Assembly: GCA_963713825.1 (NCBI GenBank)
Contig: CAVQNG010000014.1
Location: 192,001 to 256,000 of the forward strand
Reading direction: 5' to 3'
From: an uncultured Acidobacteriota bacterium
GTDB taxonomy: Bacteria; Acidobacteriota; Thermoanaerobaculia; Multivoradales; JAHEKO01
Length of the DNA: 64,000 nucleotides
Numbering within the stretch: the stretch's first letter is position 1; each line of letters starts with the position of its first letter. The notes below the pieces were generated by a model. That model had not been told where the DNA came from. It saw only the letters and a program-made list of their open reading frames with translations, and did not search any database. Positions 19,375 to 31,744 of this stretch are shown one piece after another. The translations under genes and the position numbers were made by a program.

Positions 19375-22359
19375 CTAGGCCCTGGGTTTGGCGATGACGC
19401 CGCGCCCTTCTCGGCCATCCAGGACGATCGTCAGCGGTCTTTCGAGGCGTAGGTGACGCAGGTGCTCGGTCTCGGACGTCGATGGCTGCGTGTCGAGCCA
19501 GTCCCAATCGAGAAACTCTGCGTCGTCCGCTGGCACCGTTGCGCCAGCCGGAAGGGTGAGATATCCGACTCGGAGTGAGACGATGTTCTGGAAGAAGTGG
19601 GTGCCTTGCGAGGGCTCCACATCGTAGCCCGCGGGCGAGGCCTCGACAATCGCCCGGACGTTCGATATTTGTGTCCACTGGACAGGTACTCCGAGCCAGG
19701 AATCGGCGGTGCCCCAGCGGCCCGGGCCAATCAACAGGTACTGGCGTCCCGCTGCGCCCAGCTGTTTGTTCAACTCGCCAACCTCAACGGCGATTCTTCT
19801 ATTGTCGGCCGCAGTCCAGCGGTCTCGGCGCACGTAGACGACGTCGGTCAAGTTATCTTCCACGCCGTGACCGAGGCTCCTGGCGGATCTGCACAGCAGA
19901 TCGGCAGTCGCAAAGCGATACTTGGTGACTTCCTGGCCGGCGGAGCGGGTGGCAAACGGCCTCACTTGTAGCAGATAGAGGGTCGGTTTGGCACCGCTCT
20001 TTCGCCGCGCTCCGGTCCGACCCCAGTCGCCCATATCACAGGCGAATTCGATCTCGACTGGACAGCCCAAGCCCTGTTCGGCGACCTCCAGGAGGTTTCG
20101 GAGTGCAGGCGCGAGAGGGATCGCGTTGTGCTTCAGGATGTTATTGAAGGTCACGACCCGTGGACCAGGCCGGTTCAAGTCGTCCCGCACGGTCTGGTCG
20201 TCGGCGCTATAGACACTTCCTACCGGCAACAGAGTGCCATCCAGCTCCGCGATCTTCAACGGATAGGGCTTGACGTTGGTCGATAGCTCCGTCCCGATCT
20301 CGTAGCACGACGAGTCCAGGTCGACAGCGTAGAAGTCGCGTTGACTGCTGTCCAAGAGCATCTTCGGGGTGGCGTGCTGCGGCAGTATGCCGGGACGTCT
20401 GGGGCTGAAGCGCATGGCCAGGCCACCGTCAACGACGAGCCGTCCGAGGCCCAATGCGACATGAACAATGCCCTCTTCGGCACGCTGGTTCCCGATCGGA
20501 TAGAAGTTGTGGGATTGAGCTACGCCACCGAAGTGGGGGTAGAAGCGATTGTCGTACTTTTGGCCCACCAGCCGCTGAATGATGACCGCCATCTTCTCCT
20601 CTTCGACGCGGTTGCCGGTGCTGGTGAGATAGCTCTTTGCATTGCGGAAGTAGGTGGAGGCGTAGACGAGCTTTACGGCGCTGCAAATCTGTTGCAGTCG
20701 TTCTTCCGGATCTCGCGAGCGGTTTGGGATCATCAGGGTGGTGTAGATCCCGGCCATCGGTTGATGCATCGAGTCCTCGAGTAGGCTCGATGAGCGGATG
20801 GCGAGGGGGCCATCGAGATGATGTGCGATGAAGGTCAAATCGCTGCGCAGCTCGTCCGACAGCCTGGCACTCAAGAAACGGCCACAAAGCTCCCGGTCGT
20901 TGTCACAGGCATAGGCGAACTTTCGTAGATGATTGCGATCGACGAAATCATCGAACTTGTCCGACGTGATGACGGTGGTCTTGGGAACCTGCACCTCCAT
21001 ACCGCCGAGATCGGCTTGAGAGCTCTTCGAGAGGGTCAAATTCAGGAACGCGAGACCTCTCGCCTTGCCCCCAATCGAGCCCTGGCCGATTCTGGAGATA
21101 GCGTCGCGATCGAAGGTCTTGCGTGAAAAATCGGCGATCACACCCCGGTAGGAACGCCGACGTGTTTCCTGCAACTGAGCGATGAGGTACTGACGCAGCC
21201 CCTCGACGTTCTCGAAATCCGAAATGCGGCGAGGCCGAAGAAGCTCGGCGAGCTCGAACTCACTACGCGCCATCAGCCACATGGAGAAGTGATTGTGAGA
21301 GGCATGGTAGAAGAGGGATTCTTCCGGAACGACGGCCAGTTGGCGCTCGAACTCACGTACGTCGTGGGCTCGGGCGACCTCTTCTCCCTCGGGCTCGGTG
21401 CGAAAGATGAATTCGCCGAAGCCGAGCTCTTGCCGAAAGAAGGTCCGAACATCCTCCAAGAGGCTGCCAGAGCCCTTGTGGACGAAAGTCGCATTCACGG
21501 CTTCTGCTTTGGCCGCGTTGCTTTCTTCGGCGGACTCGAGCAGAACGGGAAGCTCTGGATCGAATGACCTGACGACGCGGACGAGGTCGAGTCCGCCGGC
21601 CTTGTCGAGTTTGCTGTCACGCGGGATCTCCACATCGCTCACCAGTGCAATGGTGTTGTCCTGGTAGCGTCGAAAGAGGGCCAGGCCCTCGTCGTAGGTC
21701 TTGGCGTGGAGAATCTTTGGCCGCGAACGCATGTACATGCGGCGGTGCAGCTCGTTGACTCCCTCGGAATAGAGGGAGTGAGATTGTCTCATGAGCTCCG
21801 TGTAGAGCGTCCCGAAGAGGCTGGAGTAGTAGGTGGGAGAATCCTCGACCAACAGGATTACCCGCACATTGCCGTGCAGGATGTCGTGATCGACGTTCTC
21901 ACGATCTTCGAAGTACTTGATGATGGCCAAGAGGATCTTGGAGTCACCTGACCAGAGGAAGACACCGTCGATGGCCTGGGGATCGATGGCAGACCTGGCC
22001 AGGTCGAGCTCCTTACGATCCAGGGCGAGCAGGACCACTGGACGGCCAGGGCGAAGCTCCTTGATCTGCCGACCGAGCGCATTGGCACCCATGTCGCCCA
22101 GACTGGCCATGACCAGAATGAGGTCGTAGCGGTGCTCCTCGAGTCGCTGCAGAGCCAGCTCACCGGTTGGGACGTGAGTCACTCGGGGTGGCCCCGAAAG
22201 ACTCACGTCCCGGTATTCGAAGAATACCTGTTCGGTGAGTTGACCGTCCTCCTCCAGGATGAAGGCGTCGAACGGTGATGAAACCAGCAAAACCTCTCGT
22301 ACCCGGAAGGGCATGAGGTCGTGAAAACGGCGAACCTGGAATTGCCGGCGTTCCTGCAT
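19375..22359 (-). CDS. PEP/pyruvate-binding (PPDK_N, ATP-grasp) protein with N-terminal receiver-like domains
   Basis: Receiver-like EVLLVSS and VILLVEDS segments; GSIGGKARGL, PLAIRSSSLLED, EIEFA, LLQVRP, GPGRWG, PSQGTHFFQN; starts 2 nt after the gdhA stop. Confidence 0.85.
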   Translation of the reverse strand: MQERRQFQVRRFHDLMPFRVREVLLVSSPFDAFILEEDGQLTEQVFFEYRDVSLSGPPRVTHVPTGELALQRLEEHRYDLILVMASLGDMGANALGRQIKELRPGRPVVLLALDRKELDLARSAIDPQAIDGVFLWSGDSKILLAIIKYFEDRENVDHDILHGNVRVILLVEDSPTYYSSLFGTLYTELMRQSHSLYSEGVNELHRRMYMRSRPKILHAKTYDEGLALFRRYQDNTIALVSDVEIPRDSKLDKAGGLDLVRVVRSFDPELPVLLESAEESNAAKAEAVNATFVHKGSGSLLEDVRTFFRQELGFGEFIFRTEPEGEEVARAHDVREFERQLAVVPEESLFYHASHNHFSMWLMARSEFELAELLRPRRISDFENVEGLRQYLIAQLQETRRRSYRGVIADFSRKTFDRDAISRIGQGSIGGKARGLAFLNLTLSKSSQADLGGMEVQVPKTTVITSDKFDDFVDRNHLRKFAYACDNDRELCGRFLSARLSDELRSDLTFIAHHLDGPLAIRSSSLLEDSMHQPMAGIYTTLMIPNRSRDPEERLQQICSAVKLVYASTYFRNAKSYLTSTGNRVEEEKMAVIIQRLVGQKYDNRFYPHFGGVAQSHNFYPIGNQRAEEGIVHVALGLGRLVVDGGLAMRFSPRRPGILPQHATPKMLLDSSQRDFYAVDLDSSCYEIGTELSTNVKPYPLKIAELDGTLLPVGSVYSADDQTVRDDLNRPGPRVVTFNNILKHNAIPLAPALRNLLEVAEQGLGCPVEIEFACDMGDWGRTGARRKSGAKPTLYLLQVRPFATRSAGQEVTKYRFATADLLCRSARSLGHGVEDNLTDVVYVRRDRWTAADNRRIAVEVGELNKQLGAAGRQYLLIGPGRWGTADSWLGVPVQWTQISNVRAIVEASPAGYDVEPSQGTHFFQNIVSLRVGYLTLPAGATVPADDAEFLDWDWLDTQPSTSETEHLRHLRLERPLTIVLDGREGRGVIAKPRA

Positions 22360-22361
22360 CG

Positions 22362-23849
<1,488 letters not shown>

Positions 23850-23927
23850 TCAACACCACCCGAAATGCTGTCGGAGTTCGCCTCCAGATCCTAGGGGCCG
23901 GCGCAGAGAAGCCGCTGGGCAGGTGCA

Positions 23928-24665
23928 CTACCGAGAGGTCGGAGATCCTCCATTAGGACCTCCCGTGTCACGAGTGATGAGGCCATCCTGGATCTCCACT
24001 TGGCGCGCCGCACGTCGCGCCAGTGCCGCGTCGTGCGTGATGACGAGCATCGTGCCGCCCTGTTCCCAAAGGTCCTGGAAGAGCTCCATGATGTCGCCTC
24101 CGGAAGAGGAGTCGAGGTTGCCGGTCGGTTCGTCAGCCAGCAGAATGTCCGGATCCATGGCCAGGGCACGAGCTACCGCGACGCGCTGCATCTGGCCCCC
24201 GGAGAGCTCGGTCGGCTTGTGATCCATGCGATCGGCGAGACCGACCCGCTCCATCAGCGCCTCGATGCGCTGGCGTCGCTCGCGGCGCGGCACACCACCG
24301 AACAAGAGCGGCATCTCGACGTTCTCGTAGGCCGAGATCTGAGGCAGGAGATTGAAGTTCTGAAAGATGAAGCCGACTCGGCGATTGCGAATCGTCGCGA
24401 GCTCGTCCTTCCTCATACCGGCGACTAGATGACCGCTCAGTCGATAGACGCCGGAAGTCGGAGTGTCGAGACAGCCGATCAGATTCATGAGGGTCGATTT
24501 GCCAGAGCCCGAGGGACCGACGATGGCGACGAACTCACCCTTCGAGATGTCGAGATCGATGCCGCGCAATGCCTCGACTTGAATCTTGCCGGTGTCATAC
24601 ACCTTCCGGATCTGCTCCATCGCGATGATGGCGTCGTTGGCGGGCGTGGGCTCAGGTCGGTTCAT
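23928..24665 (-). CDS. ABC transporter ATP-binding protein (MacB/LolD type)
   Basis: GPSGSGKST, LSGGQMQRV, ILLADEPTGNLD, ITHD; real start MNRPEP at 24665. Confidence 0.93.
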   Translation of the reverse strand: MNRPEPTPANDAIIAMEQIRKVYDTGKIQVEALRGIDLDISKGEFVAIVGPSGSGKSTLMNLIGCLDTPTSGVYRLSGHLVAGMRKDELATIRNRRVGFIFQNFNLLPQISAYENVEMPLLFGGVPRRERRQRIEALMERVGLADRMDHKPTELSGGQMQRVAVARALAMDPDILLADEPTGNLDSSSGGDIMELFQDLWEQGGTMLVITHDAALARRAARQVEIQDGLITRDTGGPNGGSPTSR

Positions 24666-24670
24666 CGGCT

Positions 24671-25927
24671 CTACTCGTAGCGCAGTGTCTCGGCCGGGTC
24701 GACCGAGGCAGCTCGGCGGGCTGGAAAGTAGCCGGCAAGCAGACCGATGATGCCCAGGACACCAGCTGCCGTTGCCGCGATGGCGGGGGAGAGCGTCGGC
24801 TTGCCGAGGGCCTTGAGAGCCATGTTGTCGCCAGTTGGAATGAGGCTCAGCAGATAGACCAAGATCGTCGCCACGAGCAGGCCGGCCACTCCTCCCAACA
24901 GGGTGTAGGTCAGACCTTCGAGAACGATCGGCCCGGTGACCCAATGGCTGCGGGCGCCGAGGGCCATCTTGACGCCAATCTCCCGCGTGCGCTCCTTGAC
25001 CACGGCGTACATGATGTTGGCGACACCGATGCCACCCACGGTGAGAGTCAGGACGCCGATGATGCTCAAGAACAGCTTGATTCCGAGCATGAAGTTGTCG
25101 CGGATCTTGCCGCTTTCGACGGTATCCCAGGTCCCCAGGACACGCTCGTCTTCGGGGTCGAAGCCGTACTTGGCACTCAGCACCTGCGCCACCCCGGCCA
25201 GGGCCTGCTGCATGCCCTTTCGATTCTCGGGTTTGAGCACGAGGACCGAGAGGCGATCGCTGCCGTACTGAGCATAGAGAGTGCGAATCGGAATGATGGC
25301 GTGATTGGCATCCATGCCGCTGTAGTTGCCGAACATCATCTTCTCGATCAAGACACCGACGACGGTATAGGGCACTTTGTCGATCAGAACGCTCCCCCCA
25401 ATCGGGTCCTCTTCGCCAAAGAGGTCCGTGGCGAGATCGGTTCCCAGAAACACGACCCGTCTGCGTTGGGCGTCGTCGAGGGGGTTGAGGAAGCGCCCGC
25501 CAGGGGAGGGAATCTGGTTGCGCAGTTGACCCCAGATCGTGCCGACGCCTTTGACGGGGGCGTTGACCGTCTTGTCGCCATGCGTGAAGTTGGTGCCCCA
25601 GCGAATGATCTCGCCACTGACACCGACCAATCCAGGTACGCGCTCCCTGATCGTTCGAATGTCGTCGATGCGGGGGCGGATGGCGCGCCCGGCAGGCAGG
25701 CCCTTCCAGGGGACGGTGGTCTCTCCCGGCCAGATGACCGCGATGTCGGTGCCCATTCCGGCCCACGCCTTGCCGAGGGAGAGGCCAAGTCCCTCACCGA
25801 AGGCTAGCAGTAGGAGCAGTGCGAGGGTTCCCCAGGCGATCGCGGCTATTGTCAGAAACGCCCTCTTCTTCTGAACTCGCGACGAGCGGAAGAAGAGTTG
25901 AAAGACGATAAAGCGGGGACGAGCCAT
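24671..25927 (-). CDS. MacB/FtsX-family ABC permease
   Basis: N-terminal TM, periplasmic domain, VGGIGVANIM, ERTREIGVKMALGA, PARRAASVDP. Confidence 0.92.
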   Translation of the reverse strand: MARPRFIVFQLFFRSSRVQKKRAFLTIAAIAWGTLALLLLLAFGEGLGLSLGKAWAGMGTDIAVIWPGETTVPWKGLPAGRAIRPRIDDIRTIRERVPGLVGVSGEIIRWGTNFTHGDKTVNAPVKGVGTIWGQLRNQIPSPGGRFLNPLDDAQRRRVVFLGTDLATDLFGEEDPIGGSVLIDKVPYTVVGVLIEKMMFGNYSGMDANHAIIPIRTLYAQYGSDRLSVLVLKPENRKGMQQALAGVAQVLSAKYGFDPEDERVLGTWDTVESGKIRDNFMLGIKLFLSIIGVLTLTVGGIGVANIMYAVVKERTREIGVKMALGARSHWVTGPIVLEGLTYTLLGGVAGLLVATILVYLLSLIPTGDNMALKALGKPTLSPAIAATAAGVLGIIGLLAGYFPARRAASVDPAETLRYE

Positions 25928-25944
25928 GGTGAAATGTCCTTGCC

Positions 25945-27177
25945 TCAGTTCATCTTCATGGCCACGACCGGGTCGAGATTGGCAGCGCTGCGGGCTGGAA
26001 AGAAGCCGGCAACGAAACCGATGAGCCCGAGTAGTGACGCGGTCAGCAGGGCTACTTGAGTGTCGACCTGCGGGATGCCGATGAACTCCTCCATCCCGGA
26101 CGGCCACGCCTCGCAGATACCGTATGTGATCATCAGTCCAAGGCAGCCACCCACGGCCGTGAGGATCAGGGTCTCGGCCAGAAACTGCCTGAGGATGCCA
26201 CGGGGACGCGCGCCGAGGGCCATCTTGACGCCGATCTCCGGAGTTCGCTCCTCGACCACGACGCTCATGATGTTGGAGACTCCGATGCCGCCGACGACCA
26301 GCGTCAGCGAGCCGACGATCGCCAGGAAGGCCTTGAAGGCGAACATGAAGGAGTCCATGAACTGGAACATCTCCGTCGTGTCCCAGATCATCAGGGCTTC
26401 TTTGTCGTTCGGGTCGAATCGAATCTTACCCGCCAGGATGTTGCGCACCTCGTCGGTGGCTTGCACCGTCTGCTGGACGTCGGCCGAGGTGAAGATGAAG
26501 AGCTCGACATACTTCTGGCCGGTGAGGGCGCGGAAGGTGGAGCTCGGAATGATGGCCTTGTCCTTGTCACGTCCACTGTAGGAGGAGTCCTGCGTCTTCG
26601 GTTCGAGAACTCCGATCACGGTGAAGGGCGAGCCGTGGAGACGGAAGATCTGGCCGACCGGGTCGGCGGAACCGAAGAGGTCCTCCGCCAACTCATCGCC
26701 GAGGAAGGCGACGCGCCGTTTCTGGGCTTCGTCGATCGGGTTGAGGAAGCGACCTCCCATTTGCGGGATCATGTTCCTCATCTCGCCGAACTCCGGACTG
26801 ACACCGGAGACATCGACCGCCATGGTCTTGGTTCCGAGCTTGAGCTGCAGTGTGTCGGCGTACTCGCTGGAGATTGCATCGACGAGTGTGGCTCGCTTGC
26901 GAATCAGCTCTATATCGTCCTCCGTGACGCGGATGGGGCGCCCCTTGCCGATGCCTTCGAAGGGTTTCGATGTAGCGGTTGGAAAGGCGATGACGATGGC
27001 ATTGCCGAGGCCCAGAACGTTCTTGAGCATCTGCTTGTGCATCGCTTGCCCAAAGGACAAAAGAAGCGTCACAGCGACGGTTCCCCAGACAATTCCCAAA
27101 GTCGTCAGGAAGGTCCGCAACTTCTGAGAGCGCAGATCGCGAGCCAGTTGGCGTAGCGAGTTGAAGATAGAGGTCAT
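25945..27177 (-). CDS. MacB/FtsX-family ABC permease (second paralog)
   Basis: RTFLTTLGIVWG, VGGIGVSNIM, ERTPEIGVKMALGA, PARSAANLDP. Confidence 0.92.
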   Translation of the reverse strand: MTSIFNSLRQLARDLRSQKLRTFLTTLGIVWGTVAVTLLLSFGQAMHKQMLKNVLGLGNAIVIAFPTATSKPFEGIGKGRPIRVTEDDIELIRKRATLVDAISSEYADTLQLKLGTKTMAVDVSGVSPEFGEMRNMIPQMGGRFLNPIDEAQKRRVAFLGDELAEDLFGSADPVGQIFRLHGSPFTVIGVLEPKTQDSSYSGRDKDKAIIPSSTFRALTGQKYVELFIFTSADVQQTVQATDEVRNILAGKIRFDPNDKEALMIWDTTEMFQFMDSFMFAFKAFLAIVGSLTLVVGGIGVSNIMSVVVEERTPEIGVKMALGARPRGILRQFLAETLILTAVGGCLGLMITYGICEAWPSGMEEFIGIPQVDTQVALLTASLLGLIGFVAGFFPARSAANLDPVVAMKMN

Positions 27178-27182
27178 GGTTT

Positions 27183-28295
27183 CTAGAAGATCTCTCGAGG
27201 TGGGCGTTCGACCAACTCGGCGCCCTCATCGATGCCCGCCGTGACTTCAATATTCAAGCCATCGGAAAGTCCCGTCTGAATCTCGACCTTTCTGGGCTCG
27301 CCCTCAGGTGTCTCGGGGGGCAGCTCGACAAACGCCTTGGCGCCATCCTCTTCGAACAGCACCAGCCTTTCCGGAGCGATCAGCACGTCGGTCTTCTCCC
27401 GGATGATCAAATCCGCCGTCGACGAGTAGCCCGCTCGCAGAACTATCTCGGGGTTCTCGACCTCGTGAAGCTCGATCTCGACCTCGAAGAGCCGGGCTCC
27501 CTCCTCTTCCTTCGCTTGGGGAGCGATACGGCTCAAGTATCCGGTTACCGGCTCTCCTGGTAGCGCTCCGATGTTGAGGCGAGCCGGGACTCCTACCTTC
27601 AGCTTGCCGACATCGATCTCGTCGACGGTGCCGTTGAAGATGAGGTCACTCATATCCGCTACTGTCGCCATCACGGTACCGGCCTGGAAAGTGGTCAGAG
27701 GAACCACCGGGTCACCAGGATCGACCTCTCTCTGGAGGACGATTCCCGCCGCTGGGGCACGGATGATGGACTCCATCTGCTTGCCCCTTCCGGCGATTCG
27801 ACCTTCGCGGATGAGCTCGAAGTTGTCCTGCGCGGTAGAGAGCTCGATATTGGCCAGCTCGAACGACTCTCGTCGGGCATCTTCCTCTTCCGTCGCAATG
27901 ATCCCCTGCCGAGCGAGCTCGCTCGAGCGGTTCCAATCGGACTGGGCCCGGTTGTAGGCTGACTGTGCCGCCTCGACCCGACGCTGAGCCTCGACCAGCT
28001 CGGAGGGCGTCGGGTCGGGGACGATCTCGAACAGCGGGTCACCGGGCTCGACGCGATCACCGACCTCAACCGCGCACCGCTTGACGATGCCGGAGATCTT
28101 CGACTTGACTTCGAATTTGAGACGTGGCTCGATTTGCCCGACCGCGATCGCCTTCTCAGTGATCGAGCCGCGCTCGACCTCGACCAGCTTGAAGGGCGGT
28201 TCCGCCTGCTTGCGCCCTTGCAGCCAGAAGTAGGCTCCGGTCACCCCTGCAGCTACAATTAGAAACAAGACAAGGATCTTGAACAGCCTCGCCAT
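27183..28295 (-). CDS. MacA-like periplasmic adaptor (membrane fusion protein)
   Basis: N-terminal TM, VKSKISG, alpha-hairpin, IRAPAAG, VDEIDVGK, TGLSDG. Confidence 0.92.
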   Translation of the reverse strand: MARLFKILVLFLIVAAGVTGAYFWLQGRKQAEPPFKLVEVERGSITEKAIAVGQIEPRLKFEVKSKISGIVKRCAVEVGDRVEPGDPLFEIVPDPTPSELVEAQRRVEAAQSAYNRAQSDWNRSSELARQGIIATEEEDARRESFELANIELSTAQDNFELIREGRIAGRGKQMESIIRAPAAGIVLQREVDPGDPVVPLTTFQAGTVMATVADMSDLIFNGTVDEIDVGKLKVGVPARLNIGALPGEPVTGYLSRIAPQAKEEEGARLFEVEIELHEVENPEIVLRAGYSSTADLIIREKTDVLIAPERLVLFEEDGAKAFVELPPETPEGEPRKVEIQTGLSDGLNIEVTAGIDEGAELVERPPREIF

Positions 28296-28447
28296 CGATC
28301 TCCTCCCAGTTCGATTCCGTTCGAGGAACGGAGTATGGCCCTCTTCATAGGAAGCTACGTAAAGAACAGCCAGAGAGTTTCGCCCATTTTCTCAGGTCTT
28401 GGTCTCCGCTGGCTGCTTGGATTGGGTTGCGGTACCCTGAGGGTGGT

Positions 28448-30403
28448 ATGACAGCGCTGCGGAAAACTGAAAATTGGCGATGGTGGATTCTAGCGTGCCT
28501 GATCCTGGTGGCGTGTGGAAGGGTCCGTGAGGAGTCGGAGCCCTCCATGTCCCCGCGTCCGCAACTCGAAATCGTCGAGGCTCTGCGGCAGGATCTCGTG
28601 GCCGTGCGGCATCCGTCCGATGGCGGCGGCAGTGCCTGGATTGTCGACGAGGGTGCGTCGAGCCATGGAGTCATGGCTGGCAGCCGCGGGCAATGGACTA
28701 TTTCTTACGAGGCCGGTCCGCTGGGTATTGCCGAGGGCGGTTGGCTCTTTCTTCAGGCGCCGCCTTTCTGGGGCTGGAGCACGCCTCAGGTGATGAACCC
28801 CGACGGGGTGGGCTTCAGTCGGGTGTCCACCGATGCAGAGGGTGTCCTGCTCGAGGCGCAGACTGTGGATCAAGGTCTCCTGGGAATCGAAATTCAGGGT
28901 CGGGCTCTCGAGGAAGGGGAGCAGGTGCAGGTGATCTACGGCGCTGGCGATTCTGGCGCGGTAGCGGACCGATTCGCTGAAAGTGAGTCGTCCTTCTTTG
29001 TCGCGGTCGATGGCGATGGAGATGGTGTGCGAAAGCTGGCGCCAGGACCGTTGAGTGTCAGGGTTCTAGCCGGACCGCCGGCACAAATGGTCGCGATCCT
29101 GCCTTCGACGGCTCGGCCAGGGGAGCAGTTCACCATTCGAATCGCAATTCTCGACTCGACTGGAAGTGCCGGTGTAGATATCGACGGCCAGATCGAGTTG
29201 CGCGGAGAGGGCTTTCGTGACCTACCAGCAGTGGTTGAGATGACATCCGCCGAGCGAGGTGTCCTTCAGCTGCAGGCCTGCGTCGACAACGAAGGTGTCT
29301 TCAGGATTGAAGCGACGGGTCCGAATGACATGAAGGCGAAGAGCAATCCTCTCGTTGTGTCGACGACCGGCGAGAGAATCGTCTGGGGCGATTTGCATGG
29401 TCACTCGGCGCTGTCGGATGGTACCGGGACCTTCGAAGACTACTTTGGCTACGCACGAGATGTTGCAGGTCTGGATGTGGTCGCCCTCACGGACCACGAC
29501 CACTGGGGCATGGAACCCCTGGCTCTGAATCCGGAGTTCTGGTCCGAGACCCGTCGACAGGTCGAGGGTTTCTATCGCCCTGGGGAGTTCGTCACCCTGC
29601 TCGGCTACGAATGGACGAGCTGGATCCATGGACATCGACATGTCCTGTACTTCGGCTCCGAGGGCGAGGTTCTGAGCTCGGTGGATCCAGACTTCGAATC
29701 GCCGGAGCAACTGTGGAATGCTCTGCGTGGCAAGCCTGCCTTGACTGTGGCTCATCATTCGGCCGGTGGCCCGATCCCGACCAACTGGCAGTTTCCTCCA
29801 GATCCGGAGCTGGAGCCGATCACCGAGATCGTCTCGGTTCATGGCAGCAGCGAAGCCATGGACTCGCCAGGTCTCATCTACAGTCCACTGCCCGGCAACT
29901 TCGTTCGCGATGTCCTCGATCGGGGGTTCAGGTTCGGGTTCGTGGGTAGCGGTGACAGCCACGATGGGCATCCGGGTCTGGCCCACCTGGCTTCACCGTC
30001 TGGTGGCCTTGCCGCATTTCTCACCGAGGACCTGACGAGGGAGGGTATCCTGCGGGCCCTGAAGTCTCGACGTGTCTACGCGACCAACGGCCCGCGCATC
30101 GTTCTGGAGACCCGTTTCGATGGTCGTGTCATGGGTGAGGAGATTCAATTGGTTGAGCTGGACAGTGGGTCTTCAGCCCCGAACTCAGGGGAGCTGACGG
30201 TCGAGGTGGTTGCATCCAGCCCTCTGGATCGGGTCGATGTGATCCGCAGTGGACAGATTCACTCGAGCGTTCCTTGTGACGGTAAAGAGGAGTGCGGCTT
30301 CTCGTACACACTGGAGAACCTGAACCCGGGAGAGTATGTCTACGTCAGGGCAGTTCAGATCGACGGTGGTGCTGCTTGGTCGAGTCCCAACTACTGGCGC
30401 TGA
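28448..30403 (+). CDS. Lipoprotein with C-terminal PHP-type metallohydrolase (CehA/McbA, DUF3604-like)
   Basis: Lipobox LVAC; WGDLHGHS..SDG, TDHDH, GYEWT, HRHV, GSGDSHDGHPG, YATNGPR, AWSSP. Confidence 0.82.
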   Translation: MTALRKTENWRWWILACLILVACGRVREESEPSMSPRPQLEIVEALRQDLVAVRHPSDGGGSAWIVDEGASSHGVMAGSRGQWTISYEAGPLGIAEGGWLFLQAPPFWGWSTPQVMNPDGVGFSRVSTDAEGVLLEAQTVDQGLLGIEIQGRALEEGEQVQVIYGAGDSGAVADRFAESESSFFVAVDGDGDGVRKLAPGPLSVRVLAGPPAQMVAILPSTARPGEQFTIRIAILDSTGSAGVDIDGQIELRGEGFRDLPAVVEMTSAERGVLQLQACVDNEGVFRIEATGPNDMKAKSNPLVVSTTGERIVWGDLHGHSALSDGTGTFEDYFGYARDVAGLDVVALTDHDHWGMEPLALNPEFWSETRRQVEGFYRPGEFVTLLGYEWTSWIHGHRHVLYFGSEGEVLSSVDPDFESPEQLWNALRGKPALTVAHHSAGGPIPTNWQFPPDPELEPITEIVSVHGSSEAMDSPGLIYSPLPGNFVRDVLDRGFRFGFVGSGDSHDGHPGLAHLASPSGGLAAFLTEDLTREGILRALKSRRVYATNGPRIVLETRFDGRVMGEEIQLVELDSGSSAPNSGELTVEVVASSPLDRVDVIRSGQIHSSVPCDGKEECGFSYTLENLNPGEYVYVRAVQIDGGAAWSSPNYWR

Positions 30404-30429
30404 AGCTAGCTCCCAGAGCAGGGTCGCGC

Positions 30430-30624
30430 TTAGAGTCCGAGCCACTGCATGAGGGCTTCCAGGGCGTAGTAGAGGATGGCGAAGGCCACCAGTACTGCAA
30501 GAGACGAGTAGACCGCGAGACGGCGGGAATGGAAATGCTCGGCAATGAGGAACGTGCTGACGACGCTGATGCCTGCAAAGAGCAGGAAGAGAAGGTTGCC
30601 CAATGTCGGATCGCCTCGGCCCAT
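30430..30624 (-). CDS. Small two-TM membrane protein (64 aa)
   Basis: Two hydrophobic helices; AAGGGAG upstream of the ATG; fills the gap between flanking genes. Confidence 0.55.
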   Translation of the reverse strand: MGRGDPTLGNLLFLLFAGISVVSTFLIAEHFHSRRLAVYSSLAVLVAFAILYYALEALMQWLGL

Positions 30625-30716
30625 TTTGAACTCAGCTCCCTTTGTCGATTTGGGGTTCTCGCCGCATTCAATCGTTGGGATCTGTGCGGCAATCACATCC
30701 TACTGTGAGGCATGCC

Positions 30717-31730
30717 GTGAATGAAATCGTTGCCGCCCGAGCCGCACTCGAAACGCCAGTCAGCAAGCAGCTGAAGATCGAGGTGCCGCTGATCTGTGGC
30801 GCCATGTACCCATGCAGCAATCCGGAGTTGGTGGCGGCAGTCTCCGAAGCTGGAGGGATGGGGGTCATTCAGCCCTTGTCGCTGGTCTATGTGCATGGAC
30901 ACGAGTTCAAAGAGGGACTGGCGACGATCCGGCGCCAGACTGGCAAGCCGGTCGGTATGAACGTGGTGGTCGAGCGTTCTTCGAAGGTCTACATGGAGCG
31001 CATGCAGAAGTACGTCGATACCGCGCTCGAGGAAGGGATTCGCTTCTTCGTCACCTCGCTTGGCAATCCCAGGTGGGTCGTGGACAGGGTTCACCAGGCT
31101 GGTGGGCTCGTCTACCACGACGTGACGGAACGAAAGTGGGCGGAAAAGGGGTTGGAGGGGGGTGTCGACGGCCTGATCGCAGTCAACAATCGGGCCGGGG
31201 GCCATGCGGGAGGGAAGGGTGCGGATGAGCTGTTGGATGAGCTCGGCGACATGAACGTGCCGGTTGTCTGCGCCGGGGGAGTAGGAGATGAGGCGGATTT
31301 CGAGCGCGCCCTACGATCGGGCTACGCCGCGGTTCAGATGGGAACGCGGTTCATCGCGACGCCCGAATGCAGTGCGAGTGAGGACTACAAGATGGCCATC
31401 GTCAAGGCCAGGGCCAGGGATATCGTTCTGACAGAACGGATCACAGGAGTACCGGTGTCGGTGATTCGCACACCCTACATCGAGAAAGTCGGAACCCATG
31501 CCGGTGCCGTGGCTCGCCGGTTGCTGCAAGGCCGCAAGACCAAGCACTGGATGAGGATGGTGTACTCCCTGCAGGCTTTGTGGAGCTTGAAGCGGTCCTC
31601 GGTCCGGTCGTTCTCCTATCGCGACTACCTGCAGGCAGGCAAGAGCGTCGAAGGGGTCCAGGCGATCGAGCCAGCGGCTCTGGTGATTCAGCGCTGCGCG
31701 GATGCACTGATAAAGCCGTCGGTCGACTAG
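30717..31730 (+). CDS. Nitronate monooxygenase/FabK-like FMN oxidoreductase
   Basis: PLICGAM, LVAAVSEAGGMG, AGGHAG, CAGGVG, VQMGTRF. Confidence 0.88.
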   Translation: MNEIVAARAALETPVSKQLKIEVPLICGAMYPCSNPELVAAVSEAGGMGVIQPLSLVYVHGHEFKEGLATIRRQTGKPVGMNVVVERSSKVYMERMQKYVDTALEEGIRFFVTSLGNPRWVVDRVHQAGGLVYHDVTERKWAEKGLEGGVDGLIAVNNRAGGHAGGKGADELLDELGDMNVPVVCAGGVGDEADFERALRSGYAAVQMGTRFIATPECSASEDYKMAIVKARARDIVLTERITGVPVSVIRTPYIEKVGTHAGAVARRLLQGRKTKHWMRMVYSLQALWSLKRSSVRSFSYRDYLQAGKSVEGVQAIEPAALVIQRCADALIKPSVD

Positions 31731-31744
31731 TCAGGCCCCGCCGT

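Noticed and set aside
24666-25766. 612-aa 'extended' ABC ATPase ORF
   Set aside because: The extension is an off-frame read of the upstream permease; the ATPase starts at 24665
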